Positions 17,709 to 27,056 of a stretch of 39,555 nt of DNA are shown here, piece after piece; the first letter of the stretch is position 1; every line of letters starts with the position of its first letter. The DNA lies in contig JAVYWK010000018.1 of assembly GCA_038727095.1 (NCBI GenBank), forward strand, positions 1 through 39,555, in the 5' to 3' direction. The translations under genes were made by a program, and so were the position numbers. The stretch is from Thermofilaceae archaeon. GTDB taxonomy: Archaea; Thermoproteota; Thermoprotei; Thermofilales; Thermofilaceae. Under the pieces are notes generated by a model. It worked only from the letters and a program-made list of their open reading frames with translations, had not been told where the DNA came from and did not search any database.

Positions 17709-19646
17709 ATGATCGTGAAGAGCGAAGGTAAGGCGCTCACACCGAAAATTATCCTAATGTTCCTATTTACGGCACTTATACTGCAGCCACTCGTTATATA
17801 CTACTTTCTGCTAACGAACAGCTTTTACGCATTCTCTTACTGGATTCCCATCCTCCTCTTTGCTGAAATTGCTAGCTTGGCTAGAGCGGATTTTACCAGT
17901 AAAGAGCTCTTCATGCTCCTAATCTTCCAACCGGTAGCCTTCTCATACTCCCTCTTCTTCATAAACTTCATACGTAACATGTACTTCGCCTACAGCGAGC
18001 CTTCAAAGTACTTCGGCATAGCGCAGCATGTGCCCAGTTGGTGGGTACCGTCTGAGCACATAGTAGCATCATTTTACGAGGAGAAGTGGGTGTTCCTTGA
18101 TCGAGCGTGGCTGCAACCAATCGCTCTTGCACTGGTTTTCATAGCGCTAACCATCATGATAGATCTATCGCTCGGCTACTTGAGCTACATGCTGTTCGTT
18201 GTTGAGGAGCGATTGGAGTTCCCCTTTGCACGCGCTACCGTTGCGATGGTGACAACACTGGCTAACAGAGAGCCGACCACATTGAGGACGCTCTTCGCCG
18301 CGACAGCTGCCGGTATAATCCTGAATCTCGTCTTAAAATTCCTGCCTTTCATGCTCTCAGTATTCCTTCTCGGTGGAACATTCGTAGTGGGTGGAATACC
18401 ATTCTACGGCTACGATTTCACCGGGTATCTGGATTACGTCCTACCCGGAGCAGCCTTCCTAATCGTAACTGACCCACTAGCGTATGTGAGCGGCTTATTG
18501 ATACCACCGGTAGTCGCCGTCACACAGTTCATCGCAAGCTTCACCCTCTACTTCGTGGGTACACACCTGATAACGCGATTCGATCTCTGGCCGCCCGAGA
18601 GCAAGTGGGTGACTGGTTGGGGCTACTGGACACTACAGTTCAGGAGCATGCTATACTTCTACGTCTCCCTGCTCATTGGCCTGAGCCTAGCAGCGATGGT
18701 GATCCCCCTGGCAATGAATCCAAAACCGCTGGCACGCGCTTTCAGGTCGCTCAGAACGATGAGCGCAAGAGGGGGCGTTTCAGCAAACCTTCTGTTAGCG
18801 CTATTTTTCGGCTCATCGGTCACCGCTAGCCTTCTCGCCTGGTACCTAACGGGGTTCAGGTTCCCGGTCTACATACTCCTAATCCTCTTCGTCGGAGGAT
18901 CGTTCTTCGCGACCTACATCGCTACAGCCTCGGCGGGAGTTACAGTCTTCGGGACAAGCGTTCCCTACCTGAGGGAACTAATGATATACGTGTCCGGTTA
19001 CGATAAGAGGGATATCTGGTTCGTCCCTATGCCAGCCCTACTGTCCAGCGCTCCTCTCGGTACAGCAGCAGCCACGCTGTCCTCACCTCTAGGCGGCTCA
19101 TCGATTGCGCAGGCTCTACTGCAGGCCGACGTCGTGGGAGTTAAACACTCGGATTTTGTGACTACGTACATGCTGCTCATCGTAGTAAACCTCGTTAGCA
19201 GTTTCATTTTCGCAAACATCTTCTGGAGTATATCTCCGATCCCCTCTAGCGCCTACCCGTACACAATCACCGGCTGGCCTGTAGACGCCGTTAACTGGGC
19301 GCGAATGCAAGTGTGGATCTGGACCGGCTACCTCTTCAGGCACACGTGGATCGCATTGGGCTTCGCCGTGGGCGCGGCCCTTTTTGCAGTCTCGAACTTC
19401 GTCCTTAGAGCGCCCTACCTACTGATCGTCGCTCTAACCGGTGCAGGTATGGGAATCCCGTGGGCCTTCTCCCAGATGCTAGGCTCTTTGATCGGAAGGA
19501 GAGCTCTCAGCAAGATGCTGGGGGAGAAGTGGGGCATGTACTCGTACCTCATCGTGACGGGCATCTTCCTGGGGGATGCAGTAATGGAGATGCTCAGAGT
19601 GTTGATGATAATCCTAGCTCGAGCCCAGTGGCTGCTGCCCTTCTAA
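17709..19646 (+). CDS. OPT-like polytopic membrane protein (putative transporter), co-transcribed with the M28-FtsX fusion
   Basis: Starts 3 nt after the upstream stop; highly hydrophobic; LFVVEERLEFPFA motif matches EIEVLPFP in 11156..13174; FWSISPIPSSAYPY. Confidence 0.75.
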   Translation: MIVKSEGKALTPKIILMFLFTALILQPLVIYYFLLTNSFYAFSYWIPILLFAEIASLARADFTSKELFMLLIFQPVAFSYSLFFINFIRNMYFAYSEPSKYFGIAQHVPSWWVPSEHIVASFYEEKWVFLDRAWLQPIALALVFIALTIMIDLSLGYLSYMLFVVEERLEFPFARATVAMVTTLANREPTTLRTLFAATAAGIILNLVLKFLPFMLSVFLLGGTFVVGGIPFYGYDFTGYLDYVLPGAAFLIVTDPLAYVSGLLIPPVVAVTQFIASFTLYFVGTHLITRFDLWPPESKWVTGWGYWTLQFRSMLYFYVSLLIGLSLAAMVIPLAMNPKPLARAFRSLRTMSARGGVSANLLLALFFGSSVTASLLAWYLTGFRFPVYILLILFVGGSFFATYIATASAGVTVFGTSVPYLRELMIYVSGYDKRDIWFVPMPALLSSAPLGTAAATLSSPLGGSSIAQALLQADVVGVKHSDFVTTYMLLIVVNLVSSFIFANIFWSISPIPSSAYPYTITGWPVDAVNWARMQVWIWTGYLFRHTWIALGFAVGAALFAVSNFVLRAPYLLIVALTGAGMGIPWAFSQMLGSLIGRRALSKMLGEKWGMYSYLIVTGIFLGDAVMEMLRVLMIILARAQWLLPF

Positions 19647-19710
19647 AAGGAATACTTTAGCACCCAGTCATTCTTTCATCGTTTAAGCCGCTCAATTTTT
19701 TAGAAGAAAA

Positions 19711-22062
19711 ATGTCGGGAAGGCTCGTGAGTAGAGCTTCCTCGCCGCAGCGGTTGAGGCGCGCGTGCGGCTTGATAGTGCTAGCCATCACTGCCCTAGCC
19801 TTGGCGTCGGTTAGGACGGTCCTTGTAGGTGGGGAGGTGGCTGGCTGGGACCACTCCTTCCACTTCACTAACGCGTACCTCACCTACTTCTTCTTCATGG
19901 CGGATGGACACCCCATCGGCTACGACCCTTGGCACATGTACGGATGGCCTCCAAACCTCTACTACAACCCGGGGACAACGCTGTTCGTAGCGTTCACCCA
20001 CAGCATCCTCTCGCCCCTGCTCGACATGAAGTCTACGTACAGCCTCTGCGTCGCGCTCAGTTACGCGCTGATGGCTCCCGCCGCTGCGGTGCTCGCGCAC
20101 GCGTTAACCGGATCCCCCCTCGCCGCCACTACGGCCGCCCTAGTTGCGGTCACAGTCTTCGATGAGGAGAACTCTTGGACGGATGCCGGCTGGCGCCAAG
20201 TGTACTACATTGGGATGTGGCCCCAGCGGTGGGGGATTGTGACGGGGTTGGCATCGATCGCTCTCCTCGTGTACGCTATCAAGAGGCGCGGCTTCGAGGC
20301 TCTCCCGCTGCTAGCAGCCTCCACCCTGCTCATGGCGTGGTCCACCTTCACTCACGTGATGATGGGCGCTGCCACAGCCGTTTCTGCCTTGGTGTTTGCT
20401 CTCTTTGAGGCTTCCAAGGCGATCTTCCAGCGCTCTTTCAGAGATGGAGGAAGGGTTGTCGTGTTAAGCGCCTTGTGGCTGCTCTGGTCTCTAGCTCTAC
20501 TGGCCTTCTGGCTCGTCCCCATGCTTGAGACGAACGAGAGGTACCACGGGCTTCGAACGCTCACCTGGGAGGTTGGGCCCGGGATCGTGTTCACGATTCT
20601 AGCCTCCTACCCCGCCTACCTCAACGTGCTGGCCCTCGCAGGCCCACTGCTGACCACCGTTAAACGGAGAAAGCCCATTCCTTGGATCCTCTATGCAGCT
20701 TGGGTTGTTCTGACTGCGGCGACCGTCGCGTCCGCTGGAGGAGCTTTACCGCGCGAAGCTATGGGTACATTCACCCTCCTATCGCTCTGCTTCGCCCTAC
20801 CCCTGTACTCTTGGTCCGGTGGCGAGGGGGGCCTCATCCTGCTGCCCACACTAGCTCTGCTGCTACTGTGGCTGGCTACGGGACCGAGGACCTACGTGAT
20901 CCTGCTCCCCGGTGCGAAGCTGAGCTTCGAGAACCTCCCCGTCATTGAGTGGTTTGGGTACGGCAAGTTCGCGGGGTACGCACGCTACATCCTATTGATC
21001 AGCTTCTCAGCCACAGCGGCCGCGTTCATCTCGAAGGCTGCGGGGTGGGCCCATCGTAACCCCGGTCAGGATCGCTGGGTGGCAGCCCTAGCTGTGGCTT
21101 CACTGGCGGTTGCCGGGCTTTACCTGCCGGCTCTCTCTGGAATGCTCAGGAACACCGATTTCGTCACTCAATCGAAGAAGTTCAGGTTCATCGAGGAGTT
21201 CCCCCTGTACAGCAACGTGAGCGACTTCATCTCCGCCCTATCAATCCTGGGGTTGAGCAGTAACACGTACCTGCTCGTGCAGGACCTCAGCGACAACTTC
21301 GCTGATTGGGTCACCTTCTGCCACAACCACTTCGTCTACGAGTTCCCCCTCTACCTAGGCGTCCCCATTGTAGGAGGCATCGTCTGGACCCGCTACGCGA
21401 CGCAGCCCATCTCAACGACGGAGTACTCGAGGCTCTTCACGGTCGATATCGGCCACTGGGCGCAGAACGTGGAGACGTTCCACCGGATGCTCAGTGAGCT
21501 TGGGATCTCCTACGTTGCGACCTTCGACTGGAGGCTCAAGGAAGCGCTCAGGTCCAGCCCCCTCTTCGAGGAAGTGGTGTCCGTGCCGCCCTACACGCTC
21601 TTCAGGACGAGGAGCTTCCACCCGTTAATCACGGTGGAGGGGGCTGAGGTGAGGGATGTCGTCATTCGACCCAACCTCATCCGCTTTACGCTCAAAGCCC
21701 ACCCGCTCCAGGAGTACGAGGTTTGCGTTAGGCTGATCCGGTTCCCCGGGCTCACCGTCACTACCTACCCGGAGGCCGTCTCGATCGCCATCTCCAGCTA
21801 CAACCCATGGGTGGCTGACGAGGTTTCGAGAGCTTGGGGCTACAGGGTTGAATCGAGAATCCCCTTCATCAAGCTCACCTTAGTTCCGCTCGCGGACGAA
21901 ACGGTCGTGGAGATCCGCTACAGGCCTGGCAGCTGGGGCGACAGCGTCTCGCTGGTAGCCGTTCTAGCCGCATCCCTCGCGCTGCTACAGCCCATCCTAG
22001 CCTACTTGCACGCTTTCGCTCGTTTCAAGCTGGCCTGGCGACAGCAGCGTTCACCGTTTTGA
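19711..22062 (+). CDS. Multi-pass membrane protein of the PTPS-related/YfhO-like group, probable GT-C-fold glycosyltransferase
   Basis: GWDHSFH then WHMYGWPPNLYYNPG in the first external loop; many TM helices, AFWLVP, extracellular C-terminal domain with LSELGISYV, final TM; TATA tttaag ~24 nt upstream. Confidence 0.65.
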   Translation: MSGRLVSRASSPQRLRRACGLIVLAITALALASVRTVLVGGEVAGWDHSFHFTNAYLTYFFFMADGHPIGYDPWHMYGWPPNLYYNPGTTLFVAFTHSILSPLLDMKSTYSLCVALSYALMAPAAAVLAHALTGSPLAATTAALVAVTVFDEENSWTDAGWRQVYYIGMWPQRWGIVTGLASIALLVYAIKRRGFEALPLLAASTLLMAWSTFTHVMMGAATAVSALVFALFEASKAIFQRSFRDGGRVVVLSALWLLWSLALLAFWLVPMLETNERYHGLRTLTWEVGPGIVFTILASYPAYLNVLALAGPLLTTVKRRKPIPWILYAAWVVLTAATVASAGGALPREAMGTFTLLSLCFALPLYSWSGGEGGLILLPTLALLLLWLATGPRTYVILLPGAKLSFENLPVIEWFGYGKFAGYARYILLISFSATAAAFISKAAGWAHRNPGQDRWVAALAVASLAVAGLYLPALSGMLRNTDFVTQSKKFRFIEEFPLYSNVSDFISALSILGLSSNTYLLVQDLSDNFADWVTFCHNHFVYEFPLYLGVPIVGGIVWTRYATQPISTTEYSRLFTVDIGHWAQNVETFHRMLSELGISYVATFDWRLKEALRSSPLFEEVVSVPPYTLFRTRSFHPLITVEGAEVRDVVIRPNLIRFTLKAHPLQEYEVCVRLIRFPGLTVTTYPEAVSIAISSYNPWVADEVSRAWGYRVESRIPFIKLTLVPLADETVVEIRYRPGSWGDSVSLVAVLAASLALLQPILAYLHAFARFKLAWRQQRSPF

Positions 22063-22133
22063 ACATCCCCGTTCAAGGCGCTGGCTACATTAACCGAGCA
22101 CGCGTCAACCTCACGGTGGGAATTGTGGGTAAA

Positions 22134-23522
22134 ATGCTTAAGCTGGGTAGAGGAAGGCTTACAGCCATCCCCGCTCTGCTAGCGGCGGTAGTGATCGTGA
22201 GCGTAGCGTTCGCCTGCTACAGCCCCTCGGACGCCTACGCGATTGAAGTCGTCTTGAACAAGCCGGGCGTCAGCTACGACCTCAGCGCGCTCACAGGCGT
22301 CGCACGTGTCGAGTACGCTGGGGGAACAGGTTACGCCTACCGGAGCCGCTTCGACCCGCGGCTGATTGTGCTGTTGTCGGAGCAGGAGGTCTTCGGCGGC
22401 CGCCACCTTGCGGTGAGAGTGCAGGTCCCGCTCACGTTCGCGGTCCGGACGATCTACAGGTGCGTTCTACCACCCCTGCTCCAGTGCTACAGCGGGCAGC
22501 TGAGGGAGAACGTCTCCATCAGCCTGCAGCCGGGGACGGGTGAGGTGACCATAGATCTCGGCACCCTATCCTTCCGCTCCGCCAGCTTCGTCAGGTTCAA
22601 GCCCGATCTGGTGGCCGTGGGTCATGCAAACCTGACGGTGAGCGGGCTGCTGGTTCTGGAACCCTTCCCCGAGCTTCGAGGGGCTGGGGGCGAATACCGC
22701 ATCCCTATGCCCTGCCTGCTCAGCGTGAACGAACCCTGCTACAGGATCATGATGCTGATACCCGGCTACGACGCACCCATTCGGATCGAGGAGGGGATGT
22801 ACGGTGTCAAGCTGACGCTGTCATGGCAGTCCAGCTCGAGAGCCGAGCTAATCCATAAGCGGCTCGAGGTCTACTGCGAGTGGAAGGTGCTGCCCCAACC
22901 CCCTGAGAAGCCCGGTTGGTCGCTCGAGGAGGGGGTGATGACTAGGAGGGTGGGCTCATCGTCAATCTCCGTCAACCTCAGGGAGCGGATATGCGAGATC
23001 GTTGTTCCCGGCGAGGCTGAGCTGCCGAGAGATGCAGAACTGGAGCTCGCGGAACTTCTGGAGAGCATCGGGTTGAAGGGGTTCGCGCCAAGCTTCACGC
23101 GCACCGTGGAAACCTCGACGGAGCCCGCTTTCGAGATCGAAGAAGCCCAGGTGAGGAGCGCTCTGAAGGCTGAGCTGGAATGGCTGATCGGGGAGGGCGT
23201 TGTGAAAGGCTTGGAGGCCGGCGATGCAGCCTCGATCGCTGCGTTGGCCGCGCTCGGCAACGCCGGCTTCAACAGTAGGCTCGTCTGGTACAACGGGAGC
23301 TGGACTCCATACAACCAGGTTCCCGGCGCTAGCATGCTCAGGTGCGCTCCTGCGCCTGCGGAGAAGGTTTTCACAGCCGAAAGCCCAGAGTACCAGCAGC
23401 TAGAGACAGCGCAAAGGAGGGCACGCGCGCCAACGCTCCCACCTTTACTTGTGGCAGGCGTGGTAGCGCTAGCCGCAGCGGCAGCGTCCTACATACTGGT
23501 TAAAAGGATCCTCAGGCTGTAA
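22134..23522 (+). CDS. Cys-rich secreted protein with C-terminal membrane anchor; resembles Thermococcales heavy-Cys/CGP-CTERM-type surface proteins (preferred start ATG 22134)
   Basis: Signal peptide then ACYSPSDAYAIEVVLNKPG; ELEWL...GVVKGL...GNAGFNSRL; several Cys; C-terminal TM + KR. Family resemblance is from memory. Confidence 0.6.
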   Translation: MLKLGRGRLTAIPALLAAVVIVSVAFACYSPSDAYAIEVVLNKPGVSYDLSALTGVARVEYAGGTGYAYRSRFDPRLIVLLSEQEVFGGRHLAVRVQVPLTFAVRTIYRCVLPPLLQCYSGQLRENVSISLQPGTGEVTIDLGTLSFRSASFVRFKPDLVAVGHANLTVSGLLVLEPFPELRGAGGEYRIPMPCLLSVNEPCYRIMMLIPGYDAPIRIEEGMYGVKLTLSWQSSSRAELIHKRLEVYCEWKVLPQPPEKPGWSLEEGVMTRRVGSSSISVNLRERICEIVVPGEAELPRDAELELAELLESIGLKGFAPSFTRTVETSTEPAFEIEEAQVRSALKAELEWLIGEGVVKGLEAGDAASIAALAALGNAGFNSRLVWYNGSWTPYNQVPGASMLRCAPAPAEKVFTAESPEYQQLETAQRRARAPTLPPLLVAGVVALAAAAASYILVKRILRL

Positions 23523-23537
23523 GAGCGGTGCTCAACT

Positions 23538-23978
23538 TTGAGGAGGACTCCCGTCGAGGTCAGCGGAACCCTCGCGCGCGTCTACTTCGCGCTACTGAAG
23601 AGTGGGAGGCCGCTGGGCGTTAGAGAGGTGCAGAGGCTCGCGGGCTTGAGTAACCCGAGCTCCGCGAAGCACTACCTCGACCGGCTCGTGGAGATGGGGT
23701 TGGCCGAGAGGATGCAGGAGGGGTATGTGGCGAGGGTGAGCAACGACTCTTTGATGTCCGTGTACATCGGCCTGCTGGGCAGCGTCGTCCCACGGCTCGT
23801 ACCCTTCGCCGTATTCAGCACCGTCCTCCTAGCCGTCTACAGCCTCATAGCCAACCCCCCGCTGGAGAGCGTTATAGTCGCAGCCGTACCGACGGGGCTG
23901 CTCTGGGCCGAAGGAGTCCGACTACTTCTCCTCGCCAGAAAGCTCCTAGGGAGAGGTACTCAGCATGCAGAACCGTGA
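23538..23978 (+). CDS. Winged-HTH transcriptional regulator with C-terminal TM helices
   Basis: RVYFALL...PLGVREVQRLAGLSNPSSAKHYLDRLVEMGL wHTH followed by two hydrophobic segments. Confidence 0.8.
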   Translation: MRRTPVEVSGTLARVYFALLKSGRPLGVREVQRLAGLSNPSSAKHYLDRLVEMGLAERMQEGYVARVSNDSLMSVYIGLLGSVVPRLVPFAVFSTVLLAVYSLIANPPLESVIVAAVPTGLLWAEGVRLLLLARKLLGRGTQHAEP

Positions 23979-24177
23979 GAGCAGAGCCAAGCATCAGATA
24001 CGAATCCGCCAGCAATCGCAGCGTAGAAGGCTTGGCCGCGCACTCGATTCTGAAGCTGATTTATAGGCTTAATTCCGATTCGGATGAAAATGGAGAGAAG
24101 GTATATGGTGATGAAGAGAGTGGTGTCAGTGAGTGAATTTTATAAGTTGAGAATAGATTCTCGCTAGGGAGAAGCCT

Positions 24178-24534
24178 TTGGGGTTCGTTAAGGTGAAGGC
24201 GAAGGTGTGGAACGTCGAACATCCAGATGACGTGAGGGAAGTGACGTTGCTGGCGGATACCGGTGCCATATACACAGTGCTCCCGGAGGCCTTCCTAAGA
24301 TCCCTACGCGTCAAAAGCATCGGGAGGAGGAGGTTCAGGCTCGCTAACGGCCAGGTCATCGAAAGGGAGGTTGGAATCATCGGTGTAGAGGTGAATGGTA
24401 TTCGGACGTACACCATAACGGTGTTCGGGGACGAAGGCGTCTACCTGCTGGGCGTCGTCACCCTGGAGGAGCTCGGCCTGGAAGTTGACCCAGTGAAAGG
24501 AGAGCTCAAACCACTCGAGCTACTGCTCATGTGA
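24178..24534 (+). CDS. Clan AA (retropepsin-like) aspartyl protease
   Basis: LLADTGAIYTVLP catalytic DTG; LANG flap; LLGVVTLEELGLEVDP. Confidence 0.85.
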   Translation: MGFVKVKAKVWNVEHPDDVREVTLLADTGAIYTVLPEAFLRSLRVKSIGRRRFRLANGQVIEREVGIIGVEVNGIRTYTITVFGDEGVYLLGVVTLEELGLEVDPVKGELKPLELLLM

Positions 24535-24582
24535 AGAAGAATAGGTGCCATTTCAAACGTAAGACTTGTACATGGAAATCCT

Positions 24583-24972
24583 TCATTTCCGCATTGCCTT
24601 CACGGTTTTAACAAACTTTTCCATCTTCTCAATCAATTCCACCATCTCGAGGAGCTCCCGCTCGGTAATTCTATAGTACTCGTGTGCGATTAAATTCCTT
24701 AGAAAGATCAGCCTCTTCGCGCTCTCAAGGGTTTCCCTGTCAATCAAGGCGTGTTGGTACAGCAATTCAAACGTCTCTCTGTACGTTGAGGGGAAGCCGA
24801 GCCTTCTCTCGGTGACAACCCACTCTCCTACCTCTATGAGCGCGTTTACGGCTTGGAAGCATTCCATCGCCAGCGTGTTGTAAACGAAATAGTCTGAGAC
24901 ATCCCTCTTAGCAACTTCCTTCGCTTTTTTTGAATGGGTTTCAAACCTCAGGATTAGATCCACTATCCTCAT
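24583..24972 (-). CDS. hepT: HepT-like RNase toxin (DUF86 HEPN)
   Basis: LRNLIAHEY = R-X4-H-X-Y motif; overlaps the MNT stop. Confidence 0.88.
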   Translation of the reverse strand: MRIVDLILRFETHSKKAKEVAKRDVSDYFVYNTLAMECFQAVNALIEVGEWVVTERRLGFPSTYRETFELLYQHALIDRETLESAKRLIFLRNLIAHEYYRITERELLEMVELIEKMEKFVKTVKAMRK

Positions 24973-25348
24973 ACAAAACCTTCCTCTTTATCCTTTCATA
25001 CATCCACGCAGTATCCAGGTACTCCCTGAGCACTCTGCGCTTTACTTCGAGGAGTTCTTCTTCGTCGCGGCAGAAGACCACCCTCCCGTTCTTCAAAACC
25101 TCGAACTGTATGTGCAGCGGTAAACGGTGGAACAGCACAACGTCAAAGTAGGGCGAGTACATGCTGCCAATCTCAGCCTCCACCTGCTTATCAGGCTTCC
25201 TAACGATAACCGCGATGTCGATGTCCGAGGTACCCTTCATAGCACCCCTAACGTAGGAGCCAAAGAGGATAATAGCTAGAGTCTCTGGAAATTCTTTAAT
25301 CCTTTCTATTAAAGAGCTAAGCTCATACTCACCCCTCACCTTCCTCAC
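24941..25348 (-). CDS. mntA: MntA-like adenylyltransferase antitoxin (start probably GTG 25348 or 25339; ORF track start 25426)
   Basis: LFGSYVRGAMKGTSDID = GS-X10-DxD; DVVLFHRLPLHIQFEVLKNG; TATA (tataaa ~25387-25392) implies a start downstream of it. Confidence 0.85.
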   Translation of the reverse strand: MRKVRGEYELSSLIERIKEFPETLAIILFGSYVRGAMKGTSDIDIAVIVRKPDKQVEAEIGSMYSPYFDVVLFHRLPLHIQFEVLKNGRVVFCRDEEELLEVKRRVLREYLDTAWMYERIKRKVLYEDSGSNPEV

Positions 25349-25619
25349 CCCTCCAAGAGCAACACGCCTTCCCATCGGTACAGGAGTATAAAGGGATTGC
25401 AGCGAGTTAAAAGTGGCTGCGCGCACGGGCGAGCAGCTAAACGCAGAAGACAGGGGGTATCAGATATGAAGGCATATCGCGAACTGTGAGTCCCAAAGTG
25501 TTCGCAAACTCCCTCTTTCTTCGAGATCACTGCAAGCCTAAGAGAGAAGCTGGAGCGGGAGATGGGTCGAGAGCCCACCTGGCTCATTATCGATACAACT
25601 ATGAGACTTAAAAGAGTGG

Positions 25620-25835
25620 GTGAAAGTCAAGCACGCGGAGGTAAGGCGTAGAGTTTACGTAGAGGGAAGTGTATTTGAGAAAGTGCTGCCAAAGGGCTTC
25701 TACGGGGTCGAGATCTGGAAGAAGGGGTACGAGGCCGTAGTCGTCTTCCGCGTCCCCCCATTCCGTGACGCAGAGGTTCCCGTCCTACTCTTCAGGGGGC
25801 GCGACGTCGACGATCGGAGGATCATTCGCCCCTAA
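25620..25835 (+). CDS. Small hypothetical protein or gene remnant
   Basis: 71-aa ORF with protein-like composition; no recognised motif. Confidence 0.35.
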   Translation: MKVKHAEVRRRVYVEGSVFEKVLPKGFYGVEIWKKGYEAVVVFRVPPFRDAEVPVLLFRGRDVDDRRIIRP

Positions 25836-26034
25836 AGGTGGTTGAAGTGGAGAGGGTTTTCATCTACTCACGGTTACAGTCGCGATCGCGGCAGTGAAGG
25901 TGAGGAAAGTGGGTTGTAGTAAGGATACCCCAACACTTTCTTTAACCCCGCTGCGCTGTCTGAGCTCTTTAATCCAGTCCAATGGTATTGCGCAGAACTC
26001 TCCACAGGCGATCGTCAAGTCGCTAACACCTTGC

Positions 26035-26461
26035 TCATCGAACTGGGGAGCCGGGCAGCTGAGCAGGTAAGTGCACCGCTGGGGCTTCGCGAGCGTAGGC
26101 AACGTTCGAGTCCATGGTGACTACTACCGCGTCCAGCTGTTTAGCTAGGGCAAGGAGGTAGCAGTCCGCTAGCGAGAGTTTCTGCCAGTGCTTCAGCTTC
26201 AGTGCCGCTGCTTCAAGCGTGAGCTGCTCGTCCACCGCCCATGACCTTGATGGGGCTGCGCCTAATCAGTGCGTTCCTCGATAACGCGGCTTCCCAGCCG
26301 AACACGTGGGCGTAGTTGTAGAGGAACTCTGCCAGATTCACTTCGCAAATGTAGACTGCGTAGCCGCGCTCGTAAGCCGCTTCAACGTACTTCCTCGCAT
26401 CCTCCCTGCCGGCGAAGTAGAGAGCGAGGACCCCGGCGTCAAGAACGTAGTTCCTCTTCAA
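26035..26461 (-). pseudogene. vapC: Frameshifted PIN-domain (VapC) toxin
   Basis: N-half YVLDAGVL...EVNLAEF (26461-26240) and C-half VDEQLTLEAA...LSLADCY...VVVTMD (26235-26035) are in different frames; one extra base at ~26236-26239 (ATG GGC G GTG). Confidence 0.85.
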
Positions 26462-26687
26462 GCTCTTCCCTCCTCGCCTTGTGGATCAGCTTAACTACCT
26501 CGAGGGCTTTCCCGCCGTCGATGCCGAACGCGCTCCTCAGATCCAGGGGAGTGAGCAACCGCACCTCGCTCTCATCTACGACAAGGTCTAGGTAGGAGCC
26601 CTCAACGATGCCGAGCCTCTTCCTGATGGCTGCGGGGATCACGATAACCCCCTTGCGGTGCACTTTAACCCTATACCTCTCAACCAC
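26439..26687 (-). CDS. vapB: AbrB/MazE-fold antitoxin
   Basis: VKVHRKGVIVIPAAIRKRLGIVEGS; overlaps the start of the PIN gene. Confidence 0.88.
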   Translation of the reverse strand: MVERYRVKVHRKGVIVIPAAIRKRLGIVEGSYLDLVVDESEVRLLTPLDLRSAFGIDGGKALEVVKLIHKARREELEEELRS

Positions 26688-26696
26688 GCAAGAATG

Positions 26697-26900
26697 TTAA
26701 ACACATGTACCGATAAGTTTAACGTTAAACCGTAAGCTTCGAGGCTCTGCGCGAAGCCCTGGCGCTGCAACGATCAGGAGGTTCATGTGCTTAGTAATCG
26801 CAAAGTTTTGCCTCTCGTGCTCTCTACCAGCATCTCCCAGCTTCCTTCTGAGCTCCTCGCTCTTTAGCGGGAGTAAAGCTCTCTCCGCCAGCTCCCCCAT
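26697..26900 (-). pseudogene. C-terminal fragment of a GT4 glycosyltransferase (TreT trehalose-synthase-like)
   Basis: ELAERAL...EELRRKLGDAGREH.RQNFAITKHM resembles the GT-B C-terminal helix region; no upstream catalytic domain. Confidence 0.55.
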
Positions 26901-27056
26901 GCTCCGAGCTGTAAGCTCCGCAGAACTCGCACACCCCCTCTTCCCCGAGACCGCTGCGCGCCTAAAAAAGGTGCTAGAAGAGTTAAGGTCTTAGACCGCT
27001 TACACTTAACGCTAACTTAAATACGCGAGCACAAGTGCACTCTGGGGGGCGGGGGG

